A stretch of 64,000 nt of DNA, taken from Azolla caroliniana (lineage: Eukaryota > Plantae > Polypodiophyta). Shown in pieces: positions 1 to 9,726 of the stretch. The position numbers were made by a program, and so were the translations under genes. The notes under the pieces are model-generated. The model worked only from the letters and a program-made list of their open reading frames with translations. It did no database searches and was not told where the DNA came from. Every line of letters begins with the position of its first letter. The first letter of the stretch is position 1. The stretch is taken from the NCBI GenBank assembly GCA_043228905.1, contig JBHGNT010000011.1, forward strand, positions 3,410,001-3,474,000, written 5' to 3'.

Positions 1-111
1 CTCCCTCAGCATGCCCAAGGCAAAGAGGTGTAGATCAATAGAGCAAGATGAAAAGAACTAAAATGTTACATTCATAATGAGTGTGTGAGACAGACAAATA
101 CAGAGCCCAGA

Positions 112-275
112 CAGTTGTAGCTCAATTGGTAAGGTTGTTCTGTGGAGATCAGAAATTCATGTGTTCAAACCTTACATTATGCGTTAGCATCTCGTAGTAA
201 ACTAGTTCAGATAATGAGATTTGAACCTGGGTGCATGGTTAGTAAAAACAATTGGCTTGCAACTAAGGTATAGTC
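112..275. other. Convergent pair of tRNA-like (Pol III A/B-box) segments, SINE-like, in an ENKD1 intron
   Basis: Plus strand: A-box TAGCTCAATTGG (118-129) and B-box-like GTGTTCAAACC (161-171). Minus strand: B-box GGTTCAAATC (~218-227) with a degenerate A-box near 258-272. A short (GA)n run follows. Confidence 0.4.
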
Positions 276-298
276 CTCAGAGAGAGAGAAAGACTTAC

Positions 299-1773
299 TT
301 TTGTTCCACTGCATGAGCAAGCTCAATTTTTCTTTTGATTAGGCTGTAAAGGGAAAATTTAGACATTTAATATCTTCAAAATTTGATTCCAAAGTGTATA
401 AAAGCAACACTTCCTGAGATTATTATTATTCTTACTATGATGGTATCTTTCCTAAATTCTCCTTGTATTTATCACCACCGGTTTCGGGTTCCTTAGCACG
501 GCGTGCAGCAGCAGCTGCTTGAGCAACCTCTTTCATATTTTTTGCTACGAAATCAACGGCATGTTCCTTGGGTGGTCTGACAGCATGCTGAGTCTGGAAT
601 GAATTTGAGATCAGCTTGAAGGAATCGGTTGCATTCTCTATAGGAATAAAGGGAAAAAGAACCCCAAATGAATGTATATAACGTTTCGGATTCCCTTAAG
701 TGCGATTTTAAGCTCAAGGGACACTATTAAGAGTAAAATAAATAACTTATTATAGGTATACCTCATATTTTGGTTTGACTTGTTTAATTATTGGTTCTGG
801 TGCACTACTGATAGCAACCTGATTACATCAAATTAGTATTGAGAAAACTTGCAACTACAATAATTATTCCCATTGTCACACATAAATAGGAAGGATGAAT
901 CTAACTGCTTTCTTTGTCATGTATTCGTTTCTTTTTAGTCTTTGATACAAGACTAATTATTTTCTACCTATTGTAGTATTTATTAAGATGAGGGAGAATC
1001 TAACTACTTGTTTCATGGCGTGATTTAAAGCACTCTTTTTAGAAATTGCAGCTCTGTTGTCCTTGAAATGGTTACGTGGTCTGATCCCTTTTCGGATCAT
1101 TATTTCTCTGCAAAGATTGAAAGTAGATTACCTTCACTAAACGTGTGATTCAATCCAATTAAGCACTCAATACATTTATCTTCCATCATTAACAGACCGC
1201 ATGTCTATCATATTACCATCCATTCTATTCAAAAAGCCATAAAGATCCATTCCAACTTTATAACTCAATTTGTATAAGTTTGAAGTTAATTTAGTGTATT
1301 TATTAACCACATCAGCAGTGTACAATCAGTAATTTCCAAATTCAGAAGGGGTTATCTTCTTATACTCCTGGTTAAACGGTGATAGTCCCCGTGGTTCAAT
1401 TTCCATAAACCACTAGGAAGAAAAGCAAAGAAAAAATTTCCATAAATCTGAAAACTTTAACGAAAAAAAGATCCTCTTAGGCTGCATGTATGAGAGTAAT
1501 AAACTTTTAACTGATATACACTGGAATGCTAATTTCTTCTTTAAACAGATTTACCTGATCCCAGGTGGTGGACATAGCAATTCACAGATTTGAGAGCTGT
1601 CAATGTGGCTTGGTAGAGGACCCCATCTACATTTGAATCTCGGCAACGCTGTTGCTTCATCCGTATTCTGAAATTTTTTGTACACACAACACAACGGCCT
1701 CAAAACCTTACACATATTGACCATAGTTTTCACATGTAAAATCTGAAAATTTTAGTAATCTGCTTACACCCAT
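299..1773 (-). CDS. ENKD1: Enkurin domain-containing protein 1 (ENKD1)-like gene, 5' part, multi-exon; continues off the left edge
   Basis: GT-AG exons read manually: 1773-1768 (MG), 1667-1555 (NTDEATALPRFKCRWGPLPSHIDSSQICELLCPPPGI), 1107-~1008 (REIMIRKGIRPRNHFKDNRAAISKKSALNHAMKQ), probably 818-762 (VAISSAPEPIIKQVKPKYE), 637-436 (NATDSFK...DFVAKNMKEV...KYKENLGKIPSY), 343-299 (YLIKRKIELAHAVEQK). Phases join correctly except the 762/637 junction, which I could not resolve. The KGIRPRNH..DN, DFVAKN and GKIPSYL.KRK.EL motifs resemble ENKD1/enkurin proteins (from memory, not searched). Confidence 0.65.
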
Positions 1774-1957
1774 GTTACTCTGAGCACCTATATAAAATGC
1801 CCTATAATAGATGTTCCCTCCACTCTGAAATTTACTCCCAATCCTAACATAGTTTTGGAAAGAACGGAAAAAATGGACATTAGAGATACTCAAAATAAGA
1901 GTAACAACAAGGTTTTCTAGCATGGCTATAGTGCTACATGTTCGAGGGGAAAGATAA

Positions 1958-2023
1958 TGTTGGATGCATCAGTTTGCAGTCAAGTCTAAATAAATTGTTG
2001 GGAAAAACGACGAATGTAGGATT

Positions 2024-2076
<53 letters not shown>

Positions 2077-2400
2077 GGACAAACAAACACAAAAAGGAAA
2101 CACCCGAGTTTAACGTGGAAAACCCTAAAGAGAAAAACCACGGGAGTCCACAGACTCCAAGAAAAACTTCACTATACGTGGATATACAAGATATTCTTCC
2201 CTAATATATCAGGGGTGATACAATGCTCTGATTCGGCCACAATTGAATGCTGAGAGCCTTCGTCTAAGATGTAGGAGCCTTCGCCTTTGTTATTCAACCA
2301 TAGGAGCAGCTTTTAATCAATTTGGTAAACTCGATAAATGAGACTCTTGTAACTCATCTATTGGTCACATCACAGTATTGGTCTCCTGAGGATGATAACC
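1958..2400 (-). mobile_element. Probable decayed copia-type LTR (boundaries uncertain) containing (GA)n
   Basis: Starts TGTTGG. Carries the ACGTGGAAAACCC...AAAAACCACGG motif shared with LTRs 5688-6431 and 20321-20862. Right end and TSD not found. Confidence 0.35.
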
Positions 2401-2799
2401 AATTATCATCATCATCATCATCCGCGTGATCTGTTCAGTGTCTCTAAACCACAAGTTGTAAGTTGTAACCATTGGACTCTTCCTCACTAAGATTATTAGT
2501 GAAAGAAATATATGGAGTTATCCATATATATCCAATTCCATTCACTCCATATAAGTGTTGTCGGGATCATTCAACTCTAAAATATAAACGTAGAGATCTA
2601 CCTCATGAGGAAAGGAAATATATGCACATTTGGACACCACAGTGATTTCGGATCCTAAGAATGAATGCCAGATTAGTAATCCGGGTTGATGTATGGCCTT
2701 TTGTGGTTTCCCCTTTTTGTTTCAATCCTTATTGGCCATGCTGTGTTTTGTTCATGTGTTTTTTCCTTTGAAAATGGAAGTTTATGAATGAATTCAAAC

Positions 2800-3110
2800 C
2801 TAATATACTGAATTACAAAATCAATTCATAAGCATACAAGTGAATTAACAATCAATTTATATAATTATAAATCGATTAACAATAAATGCGCATCCAGAGC
2901 TCATAATTGAAATCATTAACAACCAATACATAAGCTTAACAGTGAAGCAAGTATAAATGGGCATGCTGGAGCTTATAATTGAAATCATCAACAATCAATA
3001 CAGAAGCTTATTGTGTGCTTATTAACTACAAACAATTGAATTGAAGCTTATACTTGAAATTATTGATTAACAATCAATACATAAGACTATGGTGTGAATT
3101 TTAACAATTG
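2800..3110. repeat. Degenerate AT-rich tandem repeat
   Basis: Recurrent GAGCTTATAATTGAAATCATTAACAATCAATACATAAGC-like units. Confidence 0.5.
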
Positions 3111-3739
3111 AATCCACATCCAATCACAAAAGTGAACATCCTAATCTATCTCTCTTCTTCTAAGATACAACCTTGACTTGACCCGATATAGGCTCATGAT
3201 GGGGGCATAGAGACAGTTTAACGAGGCTATATTTTGAGCAATCAGGATTAACTGGACTATCTGTCTCTTCCATGGCCAAAAAACCAGAAAACCCCCACTG
3301 AATTTTCTACAGGGAAAAGGATTAGTATGAGCTTACGATGGAAGTGTAGAAAAAAGTTTAAAAGAAGCCCAATTTTGAGAAAAGAAGATGAACTAAAATA
3401 ACGGTATTTTCCAAGGCCAAGTAGGAAAGAAAACAGTTGGGCTAATCTGAGAAGAAGAAGAAGAAGAAGAAGATATACCTGGAAACTCTGCTTCTTCCTG
3501 TCTTCAAGAGGACCTCTGTTGCTCATGATACTTGTTTGTGGGTAGAGAGAAAATGCAGCAGGGAACAGAGGAAAAGAAAAGTAGAGGCAGGATAGATGGA
3601 GAAGAGAAGCACAGAACAAGAACTGCTCAGGGGCTATTTGTGAGTTTCTGCAAATTTACAAAAGTAGCCCCTCACCTTCCCGGACACTCTTTCTTTCTTT
3701 CTTTTCTTCTTCTTCTTCTAAGTTTATTTTAGCCATAAC

Positions 3740-4305
3740 TAGCAATGGGCACGGTTTCGGCTCAAACCGAACCGAACCGTTAAGCCATGGTTTGGATTTT
3801 CGCTAAACAGTTCAGTTCGGTTCTAAAACTTGGGTTTATAGGTTTTTGGTTAACATTTTTTTTTCACCTTAATAGTTTATTAATTTAATGTTTTTTTTTA
3901 TTGATTTAATAAATTTAACTTAAATGCTTATTTAATAAAATGTGTTTTTGTTTATTTAGATGTTTAATTAGTTTGATTTAAATGGCTAGGTTAAATTTTT
4001 TTATTAAATGGTTCGGTTTGGTTTCAACTTTTCCTTAAATGGTTTGGTTTAAATTTTTTATTAAATGGTTTGGTTTGGTTTCAACTTTTCCTTAAATGGT
4101 TTGGTTTAAATTTTTTATTAAATGGTTCAGTTTGGTTTCAACTTTTCCTTAAATGGTTTGGTTTAAATTTTTTATTAAATGGTTCACTTTGGTTTCAACT
4201 TTTCCCTAAACGGGTTAATTTGGTTTTTGTTTTATATAAACGGTTCGGGTTTGGTTTGGTTTGGTTTCAAATCAAAGAAATTAAACCAAACCGTGCCCAT
4301 TGCTA
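3740..4305. mobile_element. Non-autonomous hAT-type element (MITE), 566 bp
   Basis: Perfect 18-bp TIR TAGCAATGGGCACGGTTT / AAACCGTGCCCATTGCTA. Perfect 8-bp TSD GCCATAAC (3732-3739, 4306-4313). GGTTT/CGGTT subterminal motifs. Confidence 0.9.
3985..4215. repeat. 57-bp tandem repeat (~4 copies) inside the MITE
   Basis: GTTTCAACTT recurs at 4021, 4078, 4135 and 4192. Confidence 0.9.
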
Positions 4306-5425
4306 GCCATAACTTACTCTTTCTTCTTCTTCTTAAAGTTTATTTTAGCCATAACTTGGTTATATGAGGTCCGATTTTGACAAGCTATGGTGGGAATGAA
4401 TCGTTGCTAATCACAAGATCTATGATATGATCTAGCAATATCGCTCATGTAATCAACTAGGTCTAACAGATTCTAGAAGTATACTTCTCGTAGAGTTTGA
4501 TCGTACAATGGTAAACACTTGCAAGGGGGCCACTAAGTCCTGGACTATGATCAATAATGAGTCAAGTTCATCAAAGATTCTTAAGCCGCAATGGAGTCAA
4601 TGCTTATTAAATCATTTGATTTTTATTCTAGAACCATAAACAAGCATGGTGAAGAGATTAGGATACTCATGGAGGAGAGAATGCAAAACTACAAATTGTT
4701 GTCATCTAGAATGAGGGTCCGTAAACAAATGGTTGCAAAACTTGAAGATGAGATTCAAGAATTTAAGAAATCTTTATTAGAGACAAATGGGTGTTTAAAT
4801 AAGATTGAGTTAAAGGAAGCATTAAAGGAGGAAAAAATTGGACACAATGAAACGAGATGTACGTGAGATTAAAAATATATGCACAACAAAGTATCGGCCG
4901 ATGTATGTGGTGGGGATATTGTATCTTAATTGTTATAAGCTTAACTAACATTAAGCAAAATTAGAGAGGAAAATAAGAAACAAAGGGTGCCGGTTCACCT
5001 AACCACCCCTTAACAACGGTGAGAGATGGATCCAATTCCCCCACGAGTGTCCCATAACATCGTGTACAAAGATGGATCGTACCTTGGGTTTGAAGGAGGT
5101 ACATGAGTATGAAGCTAGAGCTTGGCCACTTGATTAGAGTCTCTATCTCAAAAGAATAAAGAAAAGAGATGCCTCGCCATGAAGGTAGCTAGCCTTCTTA
5201 TATGCTCAAACCCTAGGCCCTTGTGTGTAATTCCCACTTGGTTGCATTTTTTATAAAAAGTGGCCAAGTGATGAAACACTCTAAAGTTATCTCCCACCGT
5301 AGGATTGAGATAATTCAATCCTCACCCTTTTGTTGGCATAAAAGGCCAACTCCTTCCAATTTGTATCGTTAAGTGTGAACACATTCTCAAGTTAGGGCTT
5401 GAGTATATATAAGCTCGACTGTAAC

Positions 5426-5473
<48 letters not shown>

Positions 5474-5687
5474 TGTGTGTGTCTCTTAGAGAGAACAATT
5501 TGAAAAGAGCCTAACCTTTGATAATCGAATTTGGCACATGGTCGGGTTGTCTTTATGTGTCATCGTAATAGCCATACGCGATCTCAAATATCGAAACAGG
5601 ACGAAGCTGATGACGATCTGCAAAGTCCTTCTGTGTTTGTTGGGCTTGATGTAGATGGTCAGACAGTTCTGCTTGAATCTTGCGTAG

Positions 5688-6431
5688 TGACGAGAATTGC
5701 ACGCTCCCTATACGCAACGCTCGGCCACAACCGAGCTTAGAATCATACACAGAAAAAACGGGAAATAATGAACGACACGAAGAAGAGACAAGTACGCAGG
5801 ATGTTTACGTGGAAAACCCAAACTAAGGGAAAAACCACGGCAGCCCACAGGCTGCAAACTATCACTATGCTAGAATGTACAACAGTGAGTTCACAGAGGC
5901 AACGACCTCGTGCTCACGATCCTCGTCACATGCGGCGGTTACAACAGAGGCAACGACCTCTTTCTCTCTCTCTCTCTTTGTACACAGTTCCGCGCTCTCT
6001 GTCTCCTTGCACCAACAAGAATAACAACCACTACTAAAAGTTTGCCCTAAGTCATATTTAAACTAATATGACTTTTCGGCTATTTACAAATATAGCCATG
6101 ATGGACTCTCAGAAACATATTTACGAATATGTCTCTTCATCCGGTCTTGACCGGGTCTGCACCATCCGGCTCTCCGTAGCCTGGTACTCATCCGGTTCTC
6201 ACCGGGTCTGCACCATCCGGCTCTCTGTAGCCGGGTACTCCTCATCCGGTTCTCACCGGGTTTGCACCATCCGGCTCTCCGTAGCCGGGGACTCCTCATC
6301 CGGTTCTCACCGGGTCTGCACCATCCGACTCTCCGTAGCCGAGTACTCCTCATCCGGTTTCGGCCTCGGCCGAGTTTGTTCATCAGCACTGTTCTTCTCC
6401 CTTCCCATCCGGAGGGACCTGTCTCCCAACA
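5688..6431 (-). mobile_element. Solo LTR (copia-type), 744 bp
   Basis: TG...CA ends and a perfect TSD CGTAG (5683-5687, 6432-6436). The terminus GAGGGACCTGTCTCCCAACA and the ACGTGGAAAACCC motif resemble LTR 20321-20862. Confidence 0.85.
6137..6360. repeat. 51-54-bp tandem repeat (4+ copies) in the solo LTR
   Basis: TCATCCGG recurs at 6137, 6188, 6242, 6296 and 6350. Explains the repetitive ORFs 6068-6436 and 6084-6389. Confidence 0.9.
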
Positions 6432-6539
6432 CGTAGTTGGTCCAAATGATCCCGGGCACTAGGATTTGTGGGTAATTCGGGAGTTTCAAATAAACACCAG
6501 CGAGGATAATAGCCTGTATACGCATAGAATGGTGTCACC

Positions 6540-7075
6540 CTAGTAGAGGAGTGGATAGAATTATTATATGCAAATTCGGCAAAGTGTAATATCTCTGCCC
6601 AATCATCTTGTTGATAACTTATGAAACACCGAAGATACTACTCCAACGTTTGATTTTTACATTCTGCTTGTCCATCCGTTTTGGGATGGTAGCCAGAAGA
6701 GAGGTTGCAGGTGACCTTGAGCATTGTGAAGAGATGCTTCCAAAATTTAGATATGAATTGAGGTCCTCGATCACAGATGATGTTGTCGAGAAGACCATGA
6801 AGCCGAAAAACTTCACGCATAACGATACTTGCAATATCTTCACTAGTGATTTCTTTAGTGTAGGGCAAGAAATGTGCCATCTTAGTATATCGATCAACCA
6901 TTGTTAAAATAACGTTGAAGCCCTTAGAATTCAGAAGATTTGTGATAAAATCAAAAGAAATAGATTGTCACAACTTGCTTGGAATTGGTAATGGCTCCAA
7001 TAAACCTACGGATAATGTCGGGGCATCTTTGCTCTGTAGCATGTATCACATGTCCGAACATAGTCTTCGACAAAT
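6540..7075 (-). pseudogene. Ty3/gypsy (Tcn1-like) integrase fragment
   Basis: ORF 6638-6901 reads VDRYTKMAHFLP...DRGPQFISKFW...YHPKTDGQAE. Upstream FVEDYVRTCDTC is homologous to 17004-17624. Confidence 0.85.
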
Positions 7076-8492
7076 CCAATCGATTTTTTGACCCTTGGCT
7101 AACATTGCGGTGCCCACGTTGTTAGTGTTGAGGATGAACATCCTCCCTTCTTGGCACCCTTGCGCGATGATCTGACCTTCTTCTTCAATGAAGCATCCAA
7201 CGTGTGTGAACCGGACCTATATCCCTTCGTCGACAATCTTTCTGACCGATACCAAGTTCTTCATGATTGTCGAGACGTGTAGAACCTTCATCAGTCTCCC
7301 CTTCTGTCCAACATGGATCAGGGGGGCATCACCAACATGCTTGATGGGATGTGAGGTGTTGTCACCGGTTTTGACTACCCCGGTTGTTCCGGTTTCTCCA
7401 AATATGAGAACCACTCTTTGTGGCTCATCATGTGATTTCACGCTCCCGAATCGACGTACCACATCTCATTCGGTTTTGAGGTACTTGTCTTCATCGAGTT
7501 GGGTTTGTGCTTCATCACGAAGGCTGAGCCCTTTCCGGCTCCGTCTGAGCCTTCGACATAGTGCGATCGTTGTTGATTCCCTTGTTCGGCTTTGCTCGAT
7601 CCGGACTTATTTGAATTGACCTTCTTCTTCCAACACTCACTTTTTCTATGATCTTTCCTTGCTAGTTTCTGGTGTTGCCATGACTCCCCTTGCTTGTGGA
7701 GGGTTTGGAACTACTACGGCATGTCGATTATGCCTTTGATTATGCTCTTGTCGATGGCCACCATTGTGTGCCGATCCACCTTTGTGTACAGCATTCGGTT
7801 GTCTGATTGTGTGCTTCTTGACACACCTGCATGGTTCTCTTCGACCATAAGCATTGGTTGCAGGTCGAAAATCAACGATGGGTTCTCCCTTGTGCAAATT
7901 GCCATCCAAATCGGCCCGTACCTCTGAGGTACACCACTGAGACAAATCTATACCATTTCGTCCTTGTCCACCGTCACATTGATGGACCCCAATGCGTCAC
8001 AGATTTCTTTGATTTTGATGGTGTAGTCGATCATCGTCATATCCCTCTCTCAGATATTATTGAGCTCTTGACGGAGTTGCAACTTCTGGGCCGTGGTACT
8101 TGCGACAAAAATTATTTTCAAATTTTCCCAGGCCTCCTTCAACGTCTTTGCATCCCGAATGTAGCCCAACATTTTATCATGCACACAAGACGCAAGGCAG
8201 TACAAAACTCTACTTGCTCCTTGTTCCCAAACCGGAAAATCCTTGTGTGCCGATTCTAGTGCTACTTCATTTTCTCCATGGATGTAACTCTAGTAGCCAT
8301 GCCCGAGCAGATACTGGTGCATCTTGTACTCCCAAGATGCGTAGTTGCTTCTGTCCAACTTCTCTGTCAAAAGAGCGCCACACATTCATCTGTCCATTTT
8401 CTTCATGTTTATTCTTTTCCGGAGATTAGGGTTTGTTTGTGTTGAACGCTTGTCAGCAACCAAGGATTCTCAACCCTCACGCTCTAATACCA
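7076..8492 (-). mobile_element. 3'-truncated Ty1/copia internal region (PBS, gag, protease, start of integrase)
   Basis: PBS TGGTATTAGAGC (tRNA-iMet type) at 8481-8492. Decayed gag with a CWNCG-like knuckle. VKTGDNTSHPIKHVG...KNLVSV (7217-7462). Confidence 0.8.
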
Positions 8493-8572
8493 TGTAAACA
8501 TGTATGGTATGTCATGAATCCGTGAACATTATGCTTCACCTGGACTTCTGTGTCATGAACACATGACCATTA

Positions 8573-8646
8573 TGGTGTCACCCGGACTTGAACCTCAAAC
8601 CTTGTAATCCATAGTTGAAAACCTCAACCATTGAGATAGCTTATTG
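8573..8646 (-). promoter_or_regulatory. tRNA-like Pol III A/B-box cassette in U3 (copy at ~18513-18586 in the 3' LTR)
   Basis: Minus strand reads GCTATCTCAATGGTTGAGG...GAGGTTCAAGTCCGGGTGACACCA: D-arm-like hairpin CTCA-ATGGT-TGAG, B-box GGTTCAAGTCC, 3' CCA. Confidence 0.5.
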
Positions 8647-8708
8647 TCATATGAGAAGATAAAAGCTACTTTCTATATTACATTGATTATTGCAAAAACT
8701 CTAGATAA

Positions 8709-8756
8709 TTCTAGAATGTTCTAGAATGTCCTAGAACATTCTAGAACATTATAGAT
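8709..8756. promoter_or_regulatory. Heat-shock element array (nTTCn/nGAAn) in the 5' LTR; copy at ~18649-18696
   Basis: TTC 8709, GAA 8714, TTC 8719, GAA 8724, TCC 8729, GAA 8734, TTC 8739, GAA 8744, on exact 5-bp phasing. Lies ~30 bp upstream of the TATA-like TGTAAATAAG. Confidence 0.7.
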
Positions 8757-8983
8757 ATCTCTAAGCTATCCTATAGGAACCTGTAAATAAGGGCATACAT
8801 GTATCCTCAAATCAATTCAAATCAACACCAATCTTTAGCTCCAAGCCCACCTTGTATCCAACTCACCCTTGTAATCATTCTATTCTAATAGACCCACTCT
8901 TCTCTTATCAATCCATTCTCCTCTCTTCTTCTATTCTCTTATACCTTCTTTAATCGTTCAATCTCTTACTTTGTTCTGACCGT

Positions 8984-8995
8984 TTGATTCGAATT
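8984..8995 (+). promoter_or_regulatory. Self-priming-type primer binding site (no tRNA complement)
   Basis: TTGATTCGAATT is the exact reverse complement of AATTCGAATCAA at 18754-18765 (11/12 match at 8814-8825), about 30 nt downstream of the TATA-like box. Confidence 0.75.
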
Positions 8996-9309
8996 TTTCT
9001 CCTTTACCCTCTTCCACAAACACTAGTAAGTACCCATGGCTATGAGCAACCCACAAGAATACCTCGCCCTTGTTGCAGAAATGGAGATTCTCAAAAGCAA
9101 GTTTGCATCACTAGAGCTAGAGAATCAACAATTGCTTGAAGATTTACATAAGGTTTCTGTAGAGAAGCAACAAATACACGACGAGTTTACACGAAGGGTT
9201 CAACAACTAGAGTCGGCAATAGTAGCTTTACAACAACTAAAAGTCGATGGTCAAGGAGTTCTTAAGGAGCCCAAAATCAGCCTCCCCGCTAAATTCGATG
9301 GTTCGAGAG

Positions 9310-9397
9310 TGTCAGGAATAGTACTAAAATAGAGAGAGAATTAGTACTAGAGAATGGAAGTACTATTAGTACTAAGAGGACGGACTGCATAAGACTC

Positions 9398-9431
<34 letters not shown>

Positions 9432-9726
9432 GATGATAACAGATGATATATTATGTGAAGAGTAAGTACAAAATAGCTATGAGGCTTAAGACTGGCGTTG
9501 AACCAATTTGGTTCGAAATAATGCCTTGTGCCTCTTTTTATAGTGTTCTCAGGAATAGTCCTAAAGCTTCTAGAATGTTCCAAAGAAATCTGGAATATTC
9601 AATAATTTTCTATGGTAAAACTTAAATGAAAATAATATCTTACATATTACAATAGATAATGTAATGGTCAAGAGCTCAACCCATATAACATAAGGTTATG
9701 GGTTCGAGTCTTGCCATATCATGATA
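9310..9726 (-). mobile_element. Solo LTR of a related Tcn1-like family inserted in gag, 417 bp
   Basis: Perfect TSD GAGAG (9305-9309, 9727-9731). Removing it restores the gag frame KFDGSR-AHF. Minus-strand start TATCATGA resembles the host LTR start TGTCATGA. Contains A/B-box-like motifs and HSE-like pentamers (9568-9600). Confidence 0.88.

Larger units (their letters stand above)
5331..6537 (+). mobile_element. Copia LTR remnant related to the LTRs of the 29735-34943 element, interrupted by a solo LTR
   Basis: TGTTGGCATAAAAGGCCAACTCCTTCCA...GTGTGAACACAT at 5331 matches the LTR start at 29735. Right boundary uncertain. Confidence 0.45.

Noticed and set aside
3257-3732. ORFs 3257-3619 and 3532-3732
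   Set aside because: Low-complexity GA/CT-rich sequence with no recognisable domain or splice structure.
6068-6436. Repeat-protein ORFs
   Set aside because: Products of the 54-bp tandem repeat inside a solo LTR.
7067-7071. TCGAC here and at 28817-28821 as a TSD for the truncated copia
   Set aside because: The two flanks belong to different gypsy families, so the match is probably chance.
8573-8646. Functional tRNA gene
   Set aside because: Acceptor, anticodon and T stems do not pair properly. Reported only as tRNA-like.
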